Positions 27,171 to 40,727 of a stretch of DNA of 64,000 bases are shown here, piece after piece. The translations under genes were made by a program, and so were the position numbers. The notes beneath the pieces were generated by a model. That model was not told the origin of the DNA. It ran no database searches and worked only from the letters and a program-made list of their open reading frames with translations. The DNA is taken from positions 27,404,001-27,468,000 of the forward strand of contig NC_043014.1 in assembly GCF_006345805.1 (NCBI RefSeq). The letters run 5' to 3'. Every line of letters starts with the position of its first letter. Within the stretch, counting starts at the first letter, position 1. Source of the DNA: Octopus sinensis (lineage: Eukaryota).

Positions 27171-27235
27171 ATGTTGAATAATTACATCGCTGAATTTGAC
27201 AGCAAATGTTATATGTTGGTGTTATTGTTGTTGAT

Positions 27236-27305
27236 GGTAGTGGCGGTGGTGGTGGCGGCGGTGGCGGTGGCGGTGGCGGTGGCGGTGGCGGTGGCAGTGG
27301 TGGTC
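27236..27305. repeat. (GGCGGT)n GC-rich simple repeat
   Basis: Direct inspection. Confidence 0.9.
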
Positions 27306-27329
27306 AACTCTGGTTGAGTTTTGCTTCTG

Positions 27330-28260
27330 GATAGTTCTTAACAGATGTCGTCTCCTCCACCATGTCGATAGCATCTTTCCTGACTGATGAACACCAGCCA
27401 CGGCCTCGCATGGGGAGAAATCTGCCAGAAGAAATGGTTGTGTTGGAGTGGTGAAGATGCACCAGCTTCAGCTTCAAACGTACTCATATACTCGGCCTCA
27501 CAAGAGAGAGAGGGTGACGATGACGATGATGTGTTTGGATGCGCTTCCAATTTGTGATAAAAATTTGTGTTCATGGGAAAAGCGACTTAGATTATTAATA
27601 TCACCAAATTCAACTCAACAACACAGAAAAAACCGTTGAAAGTACCAACTAGAGATTTCGTTACCTTCGTGCGTTCAGCTCAGCGGATCCGTTTCAAGAA
27701 GAACAAGAAACTTCCTGTGAGAGATGAAAAGTGGAACGGCTATTGGGAGGTGACTGCAGATTTACCTGGATGCCAGGGATTCTTTCCCATCCCAGTTACA
27801 AAAAACCGGACATTTTGATGCGGTGTGAAAGAAGGAAAGTTGTAAATCTAGTCGAGTTAATGGTTCCTCATGAAGATAATATGGAAGCCGCTCGGGCTCG
27901 AAAGCTTGACCGTTATGCAATGTGAAGACGTAGGCTGAAAAGCAGAGCATTTTCCAATCGAAGCTGGATGTAGAAGGTTTGTTGGACACAGTGTGAGATG
28001 ACTGTTGTTATCGCTAGGCCTAACTTATCGTAAAGTCAATACCATCATGACTGATATCCAAACTACAGTGGAGAAAGCTAGCCAGTGGATTTGGTTAAAA
28101 AGAGAAGGTCAGCGATAGCTAGAAGAATATTGAGCTTTATTTGATAACCAGTTGATCTAGCAAGCGGGGCCTCATATCAATGAGAGGGAGCCAGTGCGCA
28201 TTGATGCCGTCGAGAGGTAGGCCCTGAAACGGCGCGCATTCTCTCTTGATGATTCCATAT
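27330..28260 (+). mobile_element. 3' fragment of an RLE-type non-LTR retrotransposon (HERO-like) with structured 3' UTR
   Basis: KPDILMRCERRKVVNLVELMVPHEDNMEAARARKLDRY (PD..E RLE motif) and HFPIEAGCRRFVG; frameshifted. Confidence 0.7.
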
Positions 28261-29329
28261 ACTTGCTGGCTTTCAGCATGCGGATTTCTTGACTGGTTGC
28301 ACTTGCATGTGCAAGTTGTTTGCAAGACATCCAACAGCCATAACAAATACAACCACTGTAACAGTGATGATTGTCTTTTTATGTGGTTTTGTTGTGATTA
28401 CTTTATTATCTAATATCAATAATTGACGGCTTATAGTTTATATTTTGTTGCTTCTGGAAGGTAGATTTCCACTACCCACCAACACAATGTTTGAGGTTAT
28501 ATTTTCTTTTGAGATACTTGATACTTTCTTTTTATTATTATTGGTTTTCTTAAACTTGTTGTCAATAATAACTTTTTGCGAAATAAATAAAGAATAAATA
28601 AACACCTTTATTATTCCTAATCAAACTGCCTGAGAAAGACCTATTTTACAGCCAAAAGCCTACATTATTTCTATGAAGTGTATCGAAGATGTTCATGTAG
28701 TTGTTTTACAGCTATTTATTAAAGAATGCAGAAGCAAAGCTGGCTGCTTTGGAATTTATTTTTCTTTTATTATTATTCTTTATTTTTGCGTGTGATATTT
28801 ATAACAGCTGTTTATGAGCAATGGTTGATTCTGTAGCAATTGCCCTCTTTTACTCGATCGCGCTTTCTATCTATCTCTCACGCACTCCGGTACACCTTTC
28901 CTTTTGTGACCACTAATCCAGCAACCCCTTTCACACACATTTATGACTTTTATCTTGCTTTCGTCGCCTTCTTCTCCCTCTACCTCATTCATTTCATCTT
29001 CCGCCTTTACCTTTTTCCTTAGCGCACACTCTCGCTCCTTTTCACTTGCTCTCCTTTTTCCCCATTATTTTATTCCCCCCTCTCTCTCACTTTCTTTCTT
29101 TCACCATGTCTGTCTATCTATCTATTTCCCACTTTCTAACCTCCTATTCAGTCCTATATTTTCCTTTTATGTAATAATATTACTACCTTTTAAATAATTA
29201 CCAGTTCATATTTTTTTCAATTTATGTATATGCGTGCGTGCCCACGCGTGTATGTATGTATTTGTTTATGTATATGTATGTATTAAGAAAAAGGAGATAA
29301 TCAGGATATATATATATATATCTCCAACA

Positions 29330-30400
29330 CCACCCTCCTCACAGGCACCCATCATCGACCCTATCATATCACTGACTCCTTCACCTGCACATCTAGCAAC
29401 GTCATCTACTGCATCTCCTGCTCTCTCAGTCCTTCTCTATACATCGGTCATACGGGACGCCGCTTGGCTGACCGGTCCGCAGAACACCTCCGAGACATCC
29501 GACTCGGCAACGACATCCCGGTCTCGCGCCATTTCCGCTCTACCGGTCACTCTTTACACCTGTCTGTGCTCGGATTTTCCTTGCACAGGGGCCATCCGGG
29601 CTCCCATCTTCGCCGCGAGCAGGAATTAATCTTCTCTCTTCGCTCTTTTGCGCCACATGGGCTTAACTCTCCTCCCCTCTTCATCTAACCCTCCTCCTCT
29701 CTCCTCTCTTCCCCTCACACCTACTTCCTCTCACCCACCTCTCCTCTCTTGCTCTGGCACCTATTTCCTCTCTTCACTCCTACCTACCTTCTCCCTTCAT
29801 CGTCACCCCTCCCTCGTTACCCCACCCCCACACATTCTAACCCCACAATCCCTATACATCCCATCCCACCTCATCCCTTAGATCCCACCTTTGCTTCCCC
29901 CACTCTCGCCTCCCTCACATCCCAACACCACCACACCATCACACCAAACCACCACACCACACTACCACCACCACACCACACACCACCATATCACACCACA
30001 CCACATCACACCACCCCGCACACACTAGCACTGACCACTTCCCAGTACACACACTAGCACTGACCACCTCCCAACGCCTACACCATCATCTACACATGCA
30101 CACACGCACACGTCAATTTCACTAGCGCTCTTCCACACGCTCTGACATACACACGCACGCGCACCTTCGTTTTGGGATCACCACTACTTTGTCGCCCCTT
30201 CTTTCTAGGTCTCCTGTCCGGCATTCGGCATAATAGATCGCTAGCCACTGTATCTTTTTCTATTTTCTCTCCGTTTATTTCTGTGTTCCTTTCTGTTGAA
30301 GAGCGTAGGCTCGAAACGTAAAAGACTTTCTCATTTCCCGAGCGCTAAACTAAAACATCTGTTTGTTGTTTACGCGCCGACCTTCATCTTTGGCTTTTTT
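29330..30400 (+). mobile_element. Penelope-like 3' end: GIY-YIG remnant, low-complexity UTR and pseudo-LTR
   Basis: CTSSNVIYCISCSLSPSLYIGHTGRRLADRSAEHLRDIR...RREQELIFSLRSFAPHGLN; hammerhead-like motif at 30287-30324; related pLTR piece at 41490-41700. Confidence 0.85.
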
Positions 30401-30581
30401 TTTTAATTCTCACTATATATATATATGAAGTATATGAAATGGGTAGCCAGACTTCTACCTATACAGGTACAACATAAAAGAATTGAAGAAAAGAAGACAT
30501 ATATATTTTTTCTTATTTATATATATGCACACACAAGCACACATACACACACACACACATACATGTATATACGTGTGTGCG

Positions 30582-30632
<51 letters not shown>

Positions 30633-30820
30633 TTATGACCTTATTGGCTGCGAGATTCCTCCAGGAAAAAATCCCTTTAAGACGTCGACTGATAAAAATA
30701 CTGAATAACTCAAACCAGACGAAACGAATCAACTCGTAGGTGAACGAAAACGGTGGATATCGATATTTTGCGGTTAATCAGCTTGTCACCACCTCGAAAC
30801 GAATTCGAATCAGTAATCAG

Positions 30821-30878
<58 letters not shown>

Positions 30879-31614
30879 TTCATGTACATGTTGCTAAACT
30901 GGCAATGAAATGTAGATGGCTGGCCGGATGGATTCTTAGAACCTTTAGAACAAGAGAACAAGAAACCATGATGGTCCTCTGGAGGACACTTGTCCTAAGC
31001 CACTTTGACTATTGCTCTCAGCTATGGTCACCATCCAGTGTCAAGTTGATCACAGAACTTGAGGCGATCCAACGTAGCTACACGAAGAAGATAGCCTCTG
31101 TGCAGAATATAAGCTACTGGGAAAGACTCAAGAGATTAAAACTCTATTCCTTGGAGCGTAGGCGAGAAAGATATGCCATAATATACATCTGGAAGATCCT
31201 AGAGGGAGTTGGCCCAAACTTTGGCATCGAGAGTTACACAAATGCCAGAACTGGGCGCCACTGCGTGGTGCCTAGGACTCCAAATTTGCCATCAAGATGT
31301 AGGACAAGATACTGTGATAGCCTGGGCTTCCGAGGCCCACAGCTCTTCAATATCCTCCCGAAGAACCTAAGAGACCTGCGTGGGGTGGATGCAGATGTCT
31401 TTAAAATGAAACTGGATCTCTTCTTGTCAGGTATCCCAGATGAACCAACTTCACGGCAGGAGGTGCAGATGAGGGCAGCTGCATCGAACTCTCTCATGCA
31501 CCAAATGGCAGTTGCTAAAAAACATTCGTGAAGTAAAACCATGTAGCAACACCAAATGGCGGTGCCCCAGCATGGCCACAGCTCGTGAGCTGAAACTAGA
31601 ATCAATCAATCAAT
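30879..31614 (+). mobile_element. CR1-like LINE 3' fragment
   Basis: DYCSQLWSP...LEAIQRSYTKKI...YWERL..LKLYSLERRRERY; ends in (AATC)n at 31600-31614; homologous to 36375-37000. Confidence 0.9.
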
Positions 31615-32227
31615 ATATATATATAACGTAAAATCTATCTGCTGATGTACAACAGCACCGCACAAGTGAAACAAAAATCAAAGCAGCTCTAATATTGTAA
31701 ACCTTCTTAGCTCTGAATTCTTCCAGCATTGCAAGGAGCACCAAAATCGTCAAATGAAAAGAGAAAAGTCTAGCCTTCATCTGGTGCAGAGAATGTTATC
31801 GAATGCTTTAATTAAATCTGGATCTCCAGTCACCTGGCCGCCCATATTTGAGGAAGACGAAATGTAAACAACTAAAGTATACGAAACAACTTCTCGGATC
31901 GGGAAAGCCCACGATGACAAGGATACATTATATATGTACATAGTGTGTGTGTATGCATATGTGTATACGTGTATGTATGGGTGTCCTTCTCGATTCATAG
32001 GATCATAAGGCCGGTTTCCCAGATTCTGTAGGGTATATATATACCTCTCCGTTCCGTCACAGGATTACTCAATTTAGCTACTTTACAGGACTGGAGAAAC
32101 GTGAAATGAAGTGTTTTGCTCAAGAACACAATGCATCGTCTGGTCCAGAAAGCGAAGCCATAATCTACAATCATGAGTGCAACAGCCAAACCGCAAAGCC
32201 ACGCGACTCCACATATATGTACATATG

Positions 32228-32289
<62 letters not shown>

Positions 32290-32611
32290 TATATATATAT
32301 ATATATATTATATATTGCGTTAACATGATTTACTAACTCGTCATTCTACGATATTTGTCATATATATATATATATGACAAATATCGTAGAATGATGAGTT
32401 AGTAAATCATGTTAATGCTTTATTTACAATCGCTTCATGAGTATTCAATATAATTTAATCTTGCCTAATATTATGACGAATAATTGCTGGAATGGTTAAA
32501 ATGTTACGTAAGATTGATTATATTGACTAATGAAGAAACGATTGTAGATGAAATATTAGAATGATTTACTAACTTAACTCTTTGGTATTAGGCATTATAT
32601 ATTATATATTA

Positions 32612-33119
32612 CTAGCAGTATCGCCTGGCGTTGCTCGGGTTTGTAAGGGAAATAACTATATAAGCATTTTTAGAGAGTTACTTCCCTTGTAGATGCCAAT
32701 TCGGGCTTTCTTAGCCATTTCTGTTTTGGTGTCTTCAAGTCATGAAGTCGTTGTTCTAAAAGAACGCTGGTCTCCTTGACAACGCTTACGACGTTCCCTT
32801 ACACTCCCTTCCCCACAGCTTCACGAGGGAGGGAAGAAGGAGGAGAAGCAAACAGGTGCAGGTGTGACCATGGACGCCAACTTCGCCGCCATCGACACAC
32901 GAAAAATTATGCATTAAAATGGAATAAAAAATGATGTTAAATTAGTTTTAAAATCGTAGACTCATCGTAGACGCGCGGTAATACTCAGACGGGCTCGATA
33001 TGAATCACGACTATAAGATACCCGAATTTGGTTAAACTGCACCGCAAAATGTGGGAGTAGTTAGGAATCTAAATCGAAGGGGACAGACACTCACACAACT
33101 ACAGTTTTATATATATAGA
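32612..33119 (-). mobile_element. Non-autonomous Helitron
   Basis: A|TC 5' end at 33119, hairpin plus CTAG|T 3' end at 32612. Confidence 0.85.
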
Positions 33120-33361
33120 TATATGTATATATATGTGTGTATATATGTATATATATATATATATATGTGTGTGTGTCTATGTATATATATGTGTATATGT
33201 ATATATATATATATGTGTGTGTATGTGTGTATATATGTGTATATATATATATGTGTGTGTGTGTATATATATATATGTGAGTATATATATACATATATAT
33301 ATCTATATACACACATATATACATGCATATATATACACACACACACATATATATATATATA

Positions 33362-34208
33362 CTAGCAGAATTGCCCGGCGTTGCTCGGGGCTGAATTGCT
33401 TGAAAGTACTGTTAATGATTGCACTGAATTATGATGATTATTCAGGCAAATATTGATATAAGTTTACACTGGGAGATAAGGACTTAACGATCAAACGTGT
33501 GCCATTGCATTGTTTTGGGGGAACCAAATTTCTGATGAGCATTATAGGGGCACCAACTTTAAGTTTGAGAAAGTGTGGTGGTAGTCCGGGGTGCTCAAAG
33601 GAATTGAGTACTTCTATTGGATAGTTGATGACGTCCTCTGGGTCAGGAGTTGTATCGATAGACTGATATACATAGACTTCCCAAGGAATGAGTTTTAGCA
33701 TTTCATCATTAATATGGTGAACAGTTTTATTCCCCGGGGCCAGTATAGCTTTTTTGCCAATCCAATCCATATTCTGATAATTAGCTTGTAGATCTGGGAA
33801 CACTGCATCTCTGAGATCAGAAGGCGTCTTAACAATGGTACAAATGGAATCGATGGCAATATTACCATTTTCATCCACTGGTATTTTGCCTTCGCCAAGT
33901 GCATGGAGGGTGTGAGGAAATGCTGCTGATGTGATATTACGTCGCATATGAGCACGCATATTGGTGTGAAGTTTGAGAGTTACTTCCCTTTATTTAAAAA
34001 AATATGCATTAAAATGGGAAAAAATGATAGTAAATTATTTGTAAAATCGTAGACTCATCGTAGACGCGCGCTAATACCCAGAAGGAGTCGATATGAATCA
34101 CGACTATAAGATACCCGGTTTTGGTTAAACTGCATCGCAAAATGTGGGAGTAGTTAGGAATCTAAATCGGAGTAGACAGACACACAACCTTTCTTTTATA
34201 TATAAAGA
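33362..34208 (-). mobile_element. Chimeric deleted Helitron carrying a helicase fragment
   Basis: A|TC at 34208, CTAG|T at 33362; 33470-33980 nearly identical to helicase region 2170-2680; 33362-33465 matches 3' end 3740-3845; 33995-34208 matches the 5' part of the 32612-33119 element. Confidence 0.92.
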
Positions 34209-34895
34209 TTTTCGTCCTAAAAAACTTTGTATGGATTGAATGGTTACCTCTATGGAAATATATACACGCACATTATACATACATGTGTGTATAGATGAAT
34301 ATATAAATACATTTAAATATCTATATACACTTTTGGGCGATCTTTCTGTTTCTTAGAGATAACTTTAGATCTTATTTTCGTCCTAAAAAACTTTGTATGG
34401 AGTGAATGGTTACCTCTATGGAAATATATACACACACGTTATACATACATGTGTGCATAGATGAGTATATAAATACATTTATATATCTATATACACTTTT
34501 GGGCGATCTTTCTGCTACTTAGAGATAACTTTAGATCTTATTTTCGTCCTAAAAAACTTTGTGCGGAATGAATGGTTACGTCTATGGAAATATATACACA
34601 CACATTATACATACATCCGTGTATAGATGAATATATAAATACCTTTAAATATCTATATACACTTTTGGGCGATCTTTCTGCTACTTGGATATACTTTAGA
34701 TCTTATATTCGTCCTAAATAACTTTGTATGGAGTGAATGGTTACCTGTATGGAAATATATACACACACATTATACATACATCTGTGTATAGATGAATATA
34801 TAAATACATTTAAATATCTATATACACTTTTGGGCGATCTTTCTGCTACTTGGATATACTTTAGATCTTATATTCGTCCTAAAAAACTTTGTATG
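34209..34895. repeat. Tandem repeat, about 4.2 copies of a 165-166 bp unit
   Basis: TTCGTCCTAA recurs at 34211, 34377, 34543, 34708 and 34873. Confidence 0.95.
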
Positions 34896-35948
34896 AATTG
34901 AAAAAGAAAATGAATTGAAATTTTTAAGAAAGGAATTTGTTTACATACATGTGTGAAATGGCAAATGTTTGTGCAGTTGTCCGAAATGGAACCAGGGTAA
35001 ATGTGTGGAACTGATGTATTATAATGAATAGTCCTTCTTGTTGTGAATATTAATTTGATTAATATGAACTGAAAACCAGTGGTGTAGCATATAAGACCAT
35101 AGGTGATCTTCTAGCAAAAAGGATGACCAGTCTGACTGGCTCATCCCTGTCACACACTCACACACACGCACACACACACACACACGCACCCTCACACACA
35201 CACACACGCACACACACACACACACACACACTCACACACGCACACACACACACACACGTTAGCTTACAATTTTATTTATATATTTGCGTGTCTATGTGTG
35301 TAAAGAGGAAGTGGGAGTAATATGCAGAGTGAAAGAGTGAAATGGTAAAATATTTAGTTTTCTCGAATTTTTTCTGAAATGGGGGTGAAATTGAAAGAAA
35401 TTTTGTATGCCATGACCGAATGGAAGTACTTTGAAAAATCATAGGTAAACTCTAATTGAAGAAATTGTGTGAGGAGTAAATCGTTATGTATTTATTTGTT
35501 TCTGTTTGCTGTGTTTTTTTTTTTGAGTAGTGGTTTAAGGTACACTTGCAAGAGAAAGTATGAGAAATTATGTTGATAGCATGAGTGAAGCAGTTCATCC
35601 GTTTTATATAAATACTTTCACTTTAATCGTTGCACACTTGCAAAGAGAAAGGAGGAGAAATTAGGATGATAGCATGAGTGAAGCAGTTCGCTCCGTTTGT
35701 GTGTGTGTGTGTGTGTGTGCTGTAGCCCACACTAAGAAAAGCACTTCACTTACACACCACAATGTGAGTTTTCTCGAAATTTTGCTTAATTGGGGGTGAA
35801 ATTTGAAAAACTGTACCTGGCACGACCCGATGTATTCTACTCTTAAAAATGCTAGGTAAATTGTAATTGAAGAAATCCTATATTGTAGATTTCTATAAGA
35901 GACAAAGGGAGGCAGATAAAATCTGCCTTTTATAATAAGAGATATGTT

Positions 35949-35991
<43 letters not shown>

Positions 35992-36084
35992 GTGTGTGCA
36001 TTTATATATGTGTATATATATATGTGTGGATGTGTATATATATATATATATGTGTGTGTATATATGTATATATATATATATATA

Positions 36085-36135
<51 letters not shown>

Positions 36136-36374
36136 ATGTGTGAATATATATATATGTGTGTGTGTATATATATATATATATTTATGTGTGTGTGCATATA
36201 TATTTATGTGTGTGTGTATATATAAATGTGTGTGTATATATATATATGTGTATGTGTATGTGTATATATATGTGTGTATATGTATATATGTGTGTATGTG
36301 TGTGTATATATATATATATGTATATATATATGTGTGTGTGTGTATCCTTTAAAAATCCTTTAAAATGTTTAAAA

Positions 36375-38605
36375 TGATTCAGCCCGAAGGCTGCGCCCAT
36401 GCTGGGGCACCACCATTGAATGAGCTACACTAGTATGTGGCACTTGATCAACAAGGGAGTTCGATGCCGCTGCCCGCATCTGTGTTTCCTGCCGAGAGGT
36501 AGGTTCATCTGGGACCCCCGACAAGAAGAGATCCAGTTTAGTTTTAAAGAAACTCACATCCACACCATGCAGGTCTCTCAGGCATTTAGGGAGGATGTTG
36601 AAGAGATGTGGTCCTCTGAAACCCAAGCTGTTGCAGTATCTGGTCCCGTATTGTGATGGTGATGTTGGAATCTTTGACACCATGCAGTGGCGCCCCGTTC
36701 TGCAGTTGGGGTAACTTTGAATGCCAAAGTTTGGAATAAGACCCTCCAGGATTTTCCAGATGTATATCACTGCATATCTCTTTCGCCTTCGCTCCAGGGA
36801 GAAGAGTTTTAATACTTTCAGTCTTTCCCAGTAGCTGATATGTTGTATTGAGACGATCTTCTTAGTGTAACTTCGTTGAATTGCTTCGAGTTCTGCTGTT
36901 AGCTTTATATTGTGTGGTGACCATAGTTGGGAGCAGTAGTCCAAGCGGCTGAGAACGAATGTTTTTCAAAGGACCATCAGTGTCTCCTTCTCTCTTGTTC
37001 TGAAAGTTCGGAGAATCCATCCAGCTATCCGTCTGCATTTTATCACCAAATTAGTAATATGCTCTTGGAAAGATGCATCATTACTCATGTCAATGCCCAG
37101 GTTACGCACTGATTTTGACTCGGGGATTGCGATTCTTCCCGGGCCAGTGTATCCAGTTTGCATGTCGTTTACCTTTGTGTGCCGGTAGCGCAGAGCCTGG
37201 AACTTCCCTGCATTAAACTGCATGTTGTTGTCCTCAACCCACCTGTATATTGTATCCAACTCCCGTTGCAGATGTCCAATATTTCCAGGGTTTTGTATTT
37301 TGTGGGAGACTTTTGTGTCATCTGCATAGCTAGCAAGGGTGGCTATCTTAGCAACAGGGGGCATGTCTGAAAGGGTCACTATGAGCAGCAGTGGCCCCAA
37401 GACAGTGCCCTGTGGAACACCGCTTGTTATTTGTGTTTCCTTGGAGGTGGCTCCATTGGCCATAACTGCCTGCCTTCTATCTTTTAGGAAGTTGTGCATC
37501 CACTCTCCAAGTTTTCCGCCTATGCCGAGACCACGCAGTTTGTGACAAATCATACCGTGGTCGACTTTATCAAAGGCTTTTGCAAAGTCGAGATATATCA
37601 CATCCACATTTGAGCCATTTAGTAGCTGTTTTAACACTCAGTCATAGTGTTTCAGGAGCTGTGTCAGGCAGCTTCTACCTAGTCAAAATCCATGCTGGGT
37701 GTCAGTTAGCAAGTCATTTTCTTCATGATTAGTTTTTTGCGGACTATTCGTTCCATGACTTGGCTGATGTGTGAGGTCAGAGAGATAGGTCTATAATTTT
37801 TAGCATCTGCTCTGCTTCCTCCCTTATGGATAGGGCATATTACCCCCTCTTTCAATTTGACTGGGAGCTTACCACTTGCAAGAAAGCTCTGAAAAAGAAG
37901 CTGCAGCAGTTTTGCAAGGGCTCGTTTACACGATTTGAGAAGGATTGCTGGAAATCCAGCAGGTCCAGCAGCTGAGTTTGTGTCAATCTCATCTATGGCC
38001 AGTGAGATATCATCTTCAATGTTGATACACTCAATTTTTGCCTCTTTGGTCACAGGTAAAGTGGCAAAGAATTCTTCTGGGTTGTTTACTTGCCAGTGTC
38101 CTAGAGGTGTAGTGAACACACTTTGAAACTGTTCGTTCAGTATTTCACTTATCCTCGTGGGATTTCCTGTGAGGGAGCCATCTTTTTGGAAGAGAGGTCC
38201 TATTCTCTGGCGCACTGTGGCTGTCTCTTTGGCAAACTTAAAGAAAGCTTTAGGGTTTGACTTGATATTTTCTATTACCCAAGCTTCTTTATCTGCTCTC
38301 TCCTTTTCATGAGACTGATGCAGACTTTTCTCAATTTCCATTAGCATTCTCTCGAGCCGAGACTTCTCACCACTTTTGGTATGCTTGCTCAGGCGGTTCG
38401 CAATCATTGTCCGTCGTCTCATAAGAATCTTCCTTTCTCTCGGGATCCTGTTTTTGTGTGTGCTAGCCCTGCACACTGGGACATATTTGTCACATATGGC
38501 TTGTATTATGGACATGAAACGTTTATGTTTCATGTCAATGTCTGGTGTGGAGAGACATTTGGGCCAATCCTGTTTGAGGATCTCTTTCTCAATCAACTTC
38601 CAATT
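36375..38605 (-). mobile_element. CR1-like LINE ORF2 (RT region), 5'-truncated, disrupted
   Basis: ORFs 37706-38596 (NYRPISLTSH), 36966-37637 (YLDFAKAFDKVDH, GVPQGTVLGP, YADDTK) and 36369-36944. Confidence 0.93.
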
Positions 38606-38765
38606 TGCAAATAATGAGGGAGATAAATTAATATTAATTTAGTTAACATCAATTTAAAACCAGTAGCCTAGCATACAAAAATCTGAGAAAATTCTAATAC
38701 ATGCGTATATTCAAAGGGCAAGACCACTAGGTAGTCGGCCGTATGCTAGAAATAGATCACCAACG

Positions 38766-38816
<51 letters not shown>

Positions 38817-39745
38817 GATATATGTGTGTATATATATATGTATATATATGTGTGTGTGTGTGTGTGTGTGAAGTTTCCCCTATACAGAAGTGCTACACAA
38901 TAACATTAAGTTCAACGTTTAATTTCAGGCAAATATGGGAGACAACTCTGAATATGTCTCTATTCGTAGACCTTCGCAGCGGAGCACAAGTATCGTTTCT
39001 GTTGGATAGAATACCTTACATGAATGAATGATAAAAGGATTCTGAAACAGACGCTGTATAGTGAGCAGCTTTATGCAGAAAACATACTTAGCACAAGTCA
39101 AGGTTGTGGTTTAAGGACTGCGTAAAATCCACCTGAAAAGCATATGTAATAATGAAGTTCAAATGGAAAAGAATTGCCTTTGACCGTCAGTAATGGAGAA
39201 AATATGTAAAGGATAGTGCGGATATTTTTGAAAACGTTCGTATTTCCCATGCAGACATTCAGTGAGCTAACGAACAAATTGTGAGGCGGTTCGGTATGCA
39301 ACGTATAAAGACGAGTACGTTTGGGTTTTTATATCTTATTTTATCAAGGCTTGCCTCATTAGACACAAACGAATTCATCGGGTCAGGCAAGACGTTGACA
39401 ATAGTGCATTCATGAGAAAAAAATGCGTAATATGCTAAACAATTATGCGTCGGAAGGTTTGCAAGTCTACTGGTGCGTTAAAAATCACAGTGCTACACAT
39501 CGAAATGCATTCTGATAGGTGTATACACATTTTTGTTTGTAGGGTCTGCCAAACGAAATACGAGGGCTTAGTGGATATAAAGAACCACTATCAAAAGAAT
39601 GAGTCTTCTTTTTATAGTTAGTGACGGTCTTCTTTGGACATATTATGCATGTACATATTTACATGTGTGCATATATACACATATATGTGTGTATGTATGC
39701 ATACATAAATGTGTGTGTGTATACGTATGCATGTATTTATGTACG

Positions 39746-40225
39746 TACGAGGTTTGTCCCCAAAATACTGCACAAAAGGGCATAACTTCTTTACTAACAG
39801 ATACAGTCCGTTAAACTGTACATGTTGGTAGAATAACATTTTCTCTATGGCAGCTCTTCTTCATTGTGGAACATAATGGGCTTCAAGCAGAAGCAACATG
39901 CAGCACGAATCTCCATGAGTGAACGAATTAATTCGCTCTGAGAGACGAATCACAATCCGTGAGGTTGCTGCACAACTGGAACTGTTGTCTCAATGCATTA
40001 CAGATGGTGGAAGATTTTGGGTATCGGAAAGTGTGTACAAATTTGATACCCCGGTAGTTGACCCTCAATCTGAAGGAGAGAAACGTAAAAATCTCTTCTG
40101 ATCTTTTGAAAGCGTTTGTAGCCAACGAAGGCAAATTTTTTTTTTCCATCTTTTTGATTTGATAACTGATAATAAAACGGATGTGTACACGTCCGGATTT
40201 GGCGCCTTCCGATTTCTAACAGTTC
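39746..40225 (+). mobile_element. Internally deleted mariner-like remnant
   Basis: Starts TACGAGG..; NELIRSERRITIREVA HTH; PDLAPSDF motif at about 40190-40220. Confidence 0.65.
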
Positions 40226-40506
40226 GAACCAATGAACAAACGTGGCTGTGTGGTGAGAAGTTTGTTTCCTAACCACATGGTTCCTGGTTCAGTTTCATTG
40301 CGTTGGTAAGTTACTTCTACTATAGCCTCGGGCCGACCAAAGCCTTGCGAGTGAATTTGGCAGAGAATTATAGGGGAAGAGTTAATCTACTTCATACACA
40401 ATTTTGAATAGCCTATGTCCTTTCGGGACAAACCTTGTGTGTATGTGCGCGCATGTGTATACGTATATATATGTATATATGTGTGTGTGTATACATACAT
40501 GCATAT

Positions 40507-40562
<56 letters not shown>

Positions 40563-40727
40563 GTTGTATACTGTCAATCAAACAAGAACGTGACAGTAGG
40601 GGGTACACCACCGCTGTATAGCCCTAGGAAGCATCGAACGCCTCCTGATAGCTTTGACACATTTTTCCCTGTGTCCTTATATAGATATACGAAGGGGAGA
40701 CAAACACCCCCGGCTGCCGGAACTGCA

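Noticed and set aside
34209-34895. CRISPR-like array interpretation of tandem repeats here or at 40557-41460
   Set aside because: Units are whole-length repeats without unique spacers, the context is eukaryotic, and no cas genes are present
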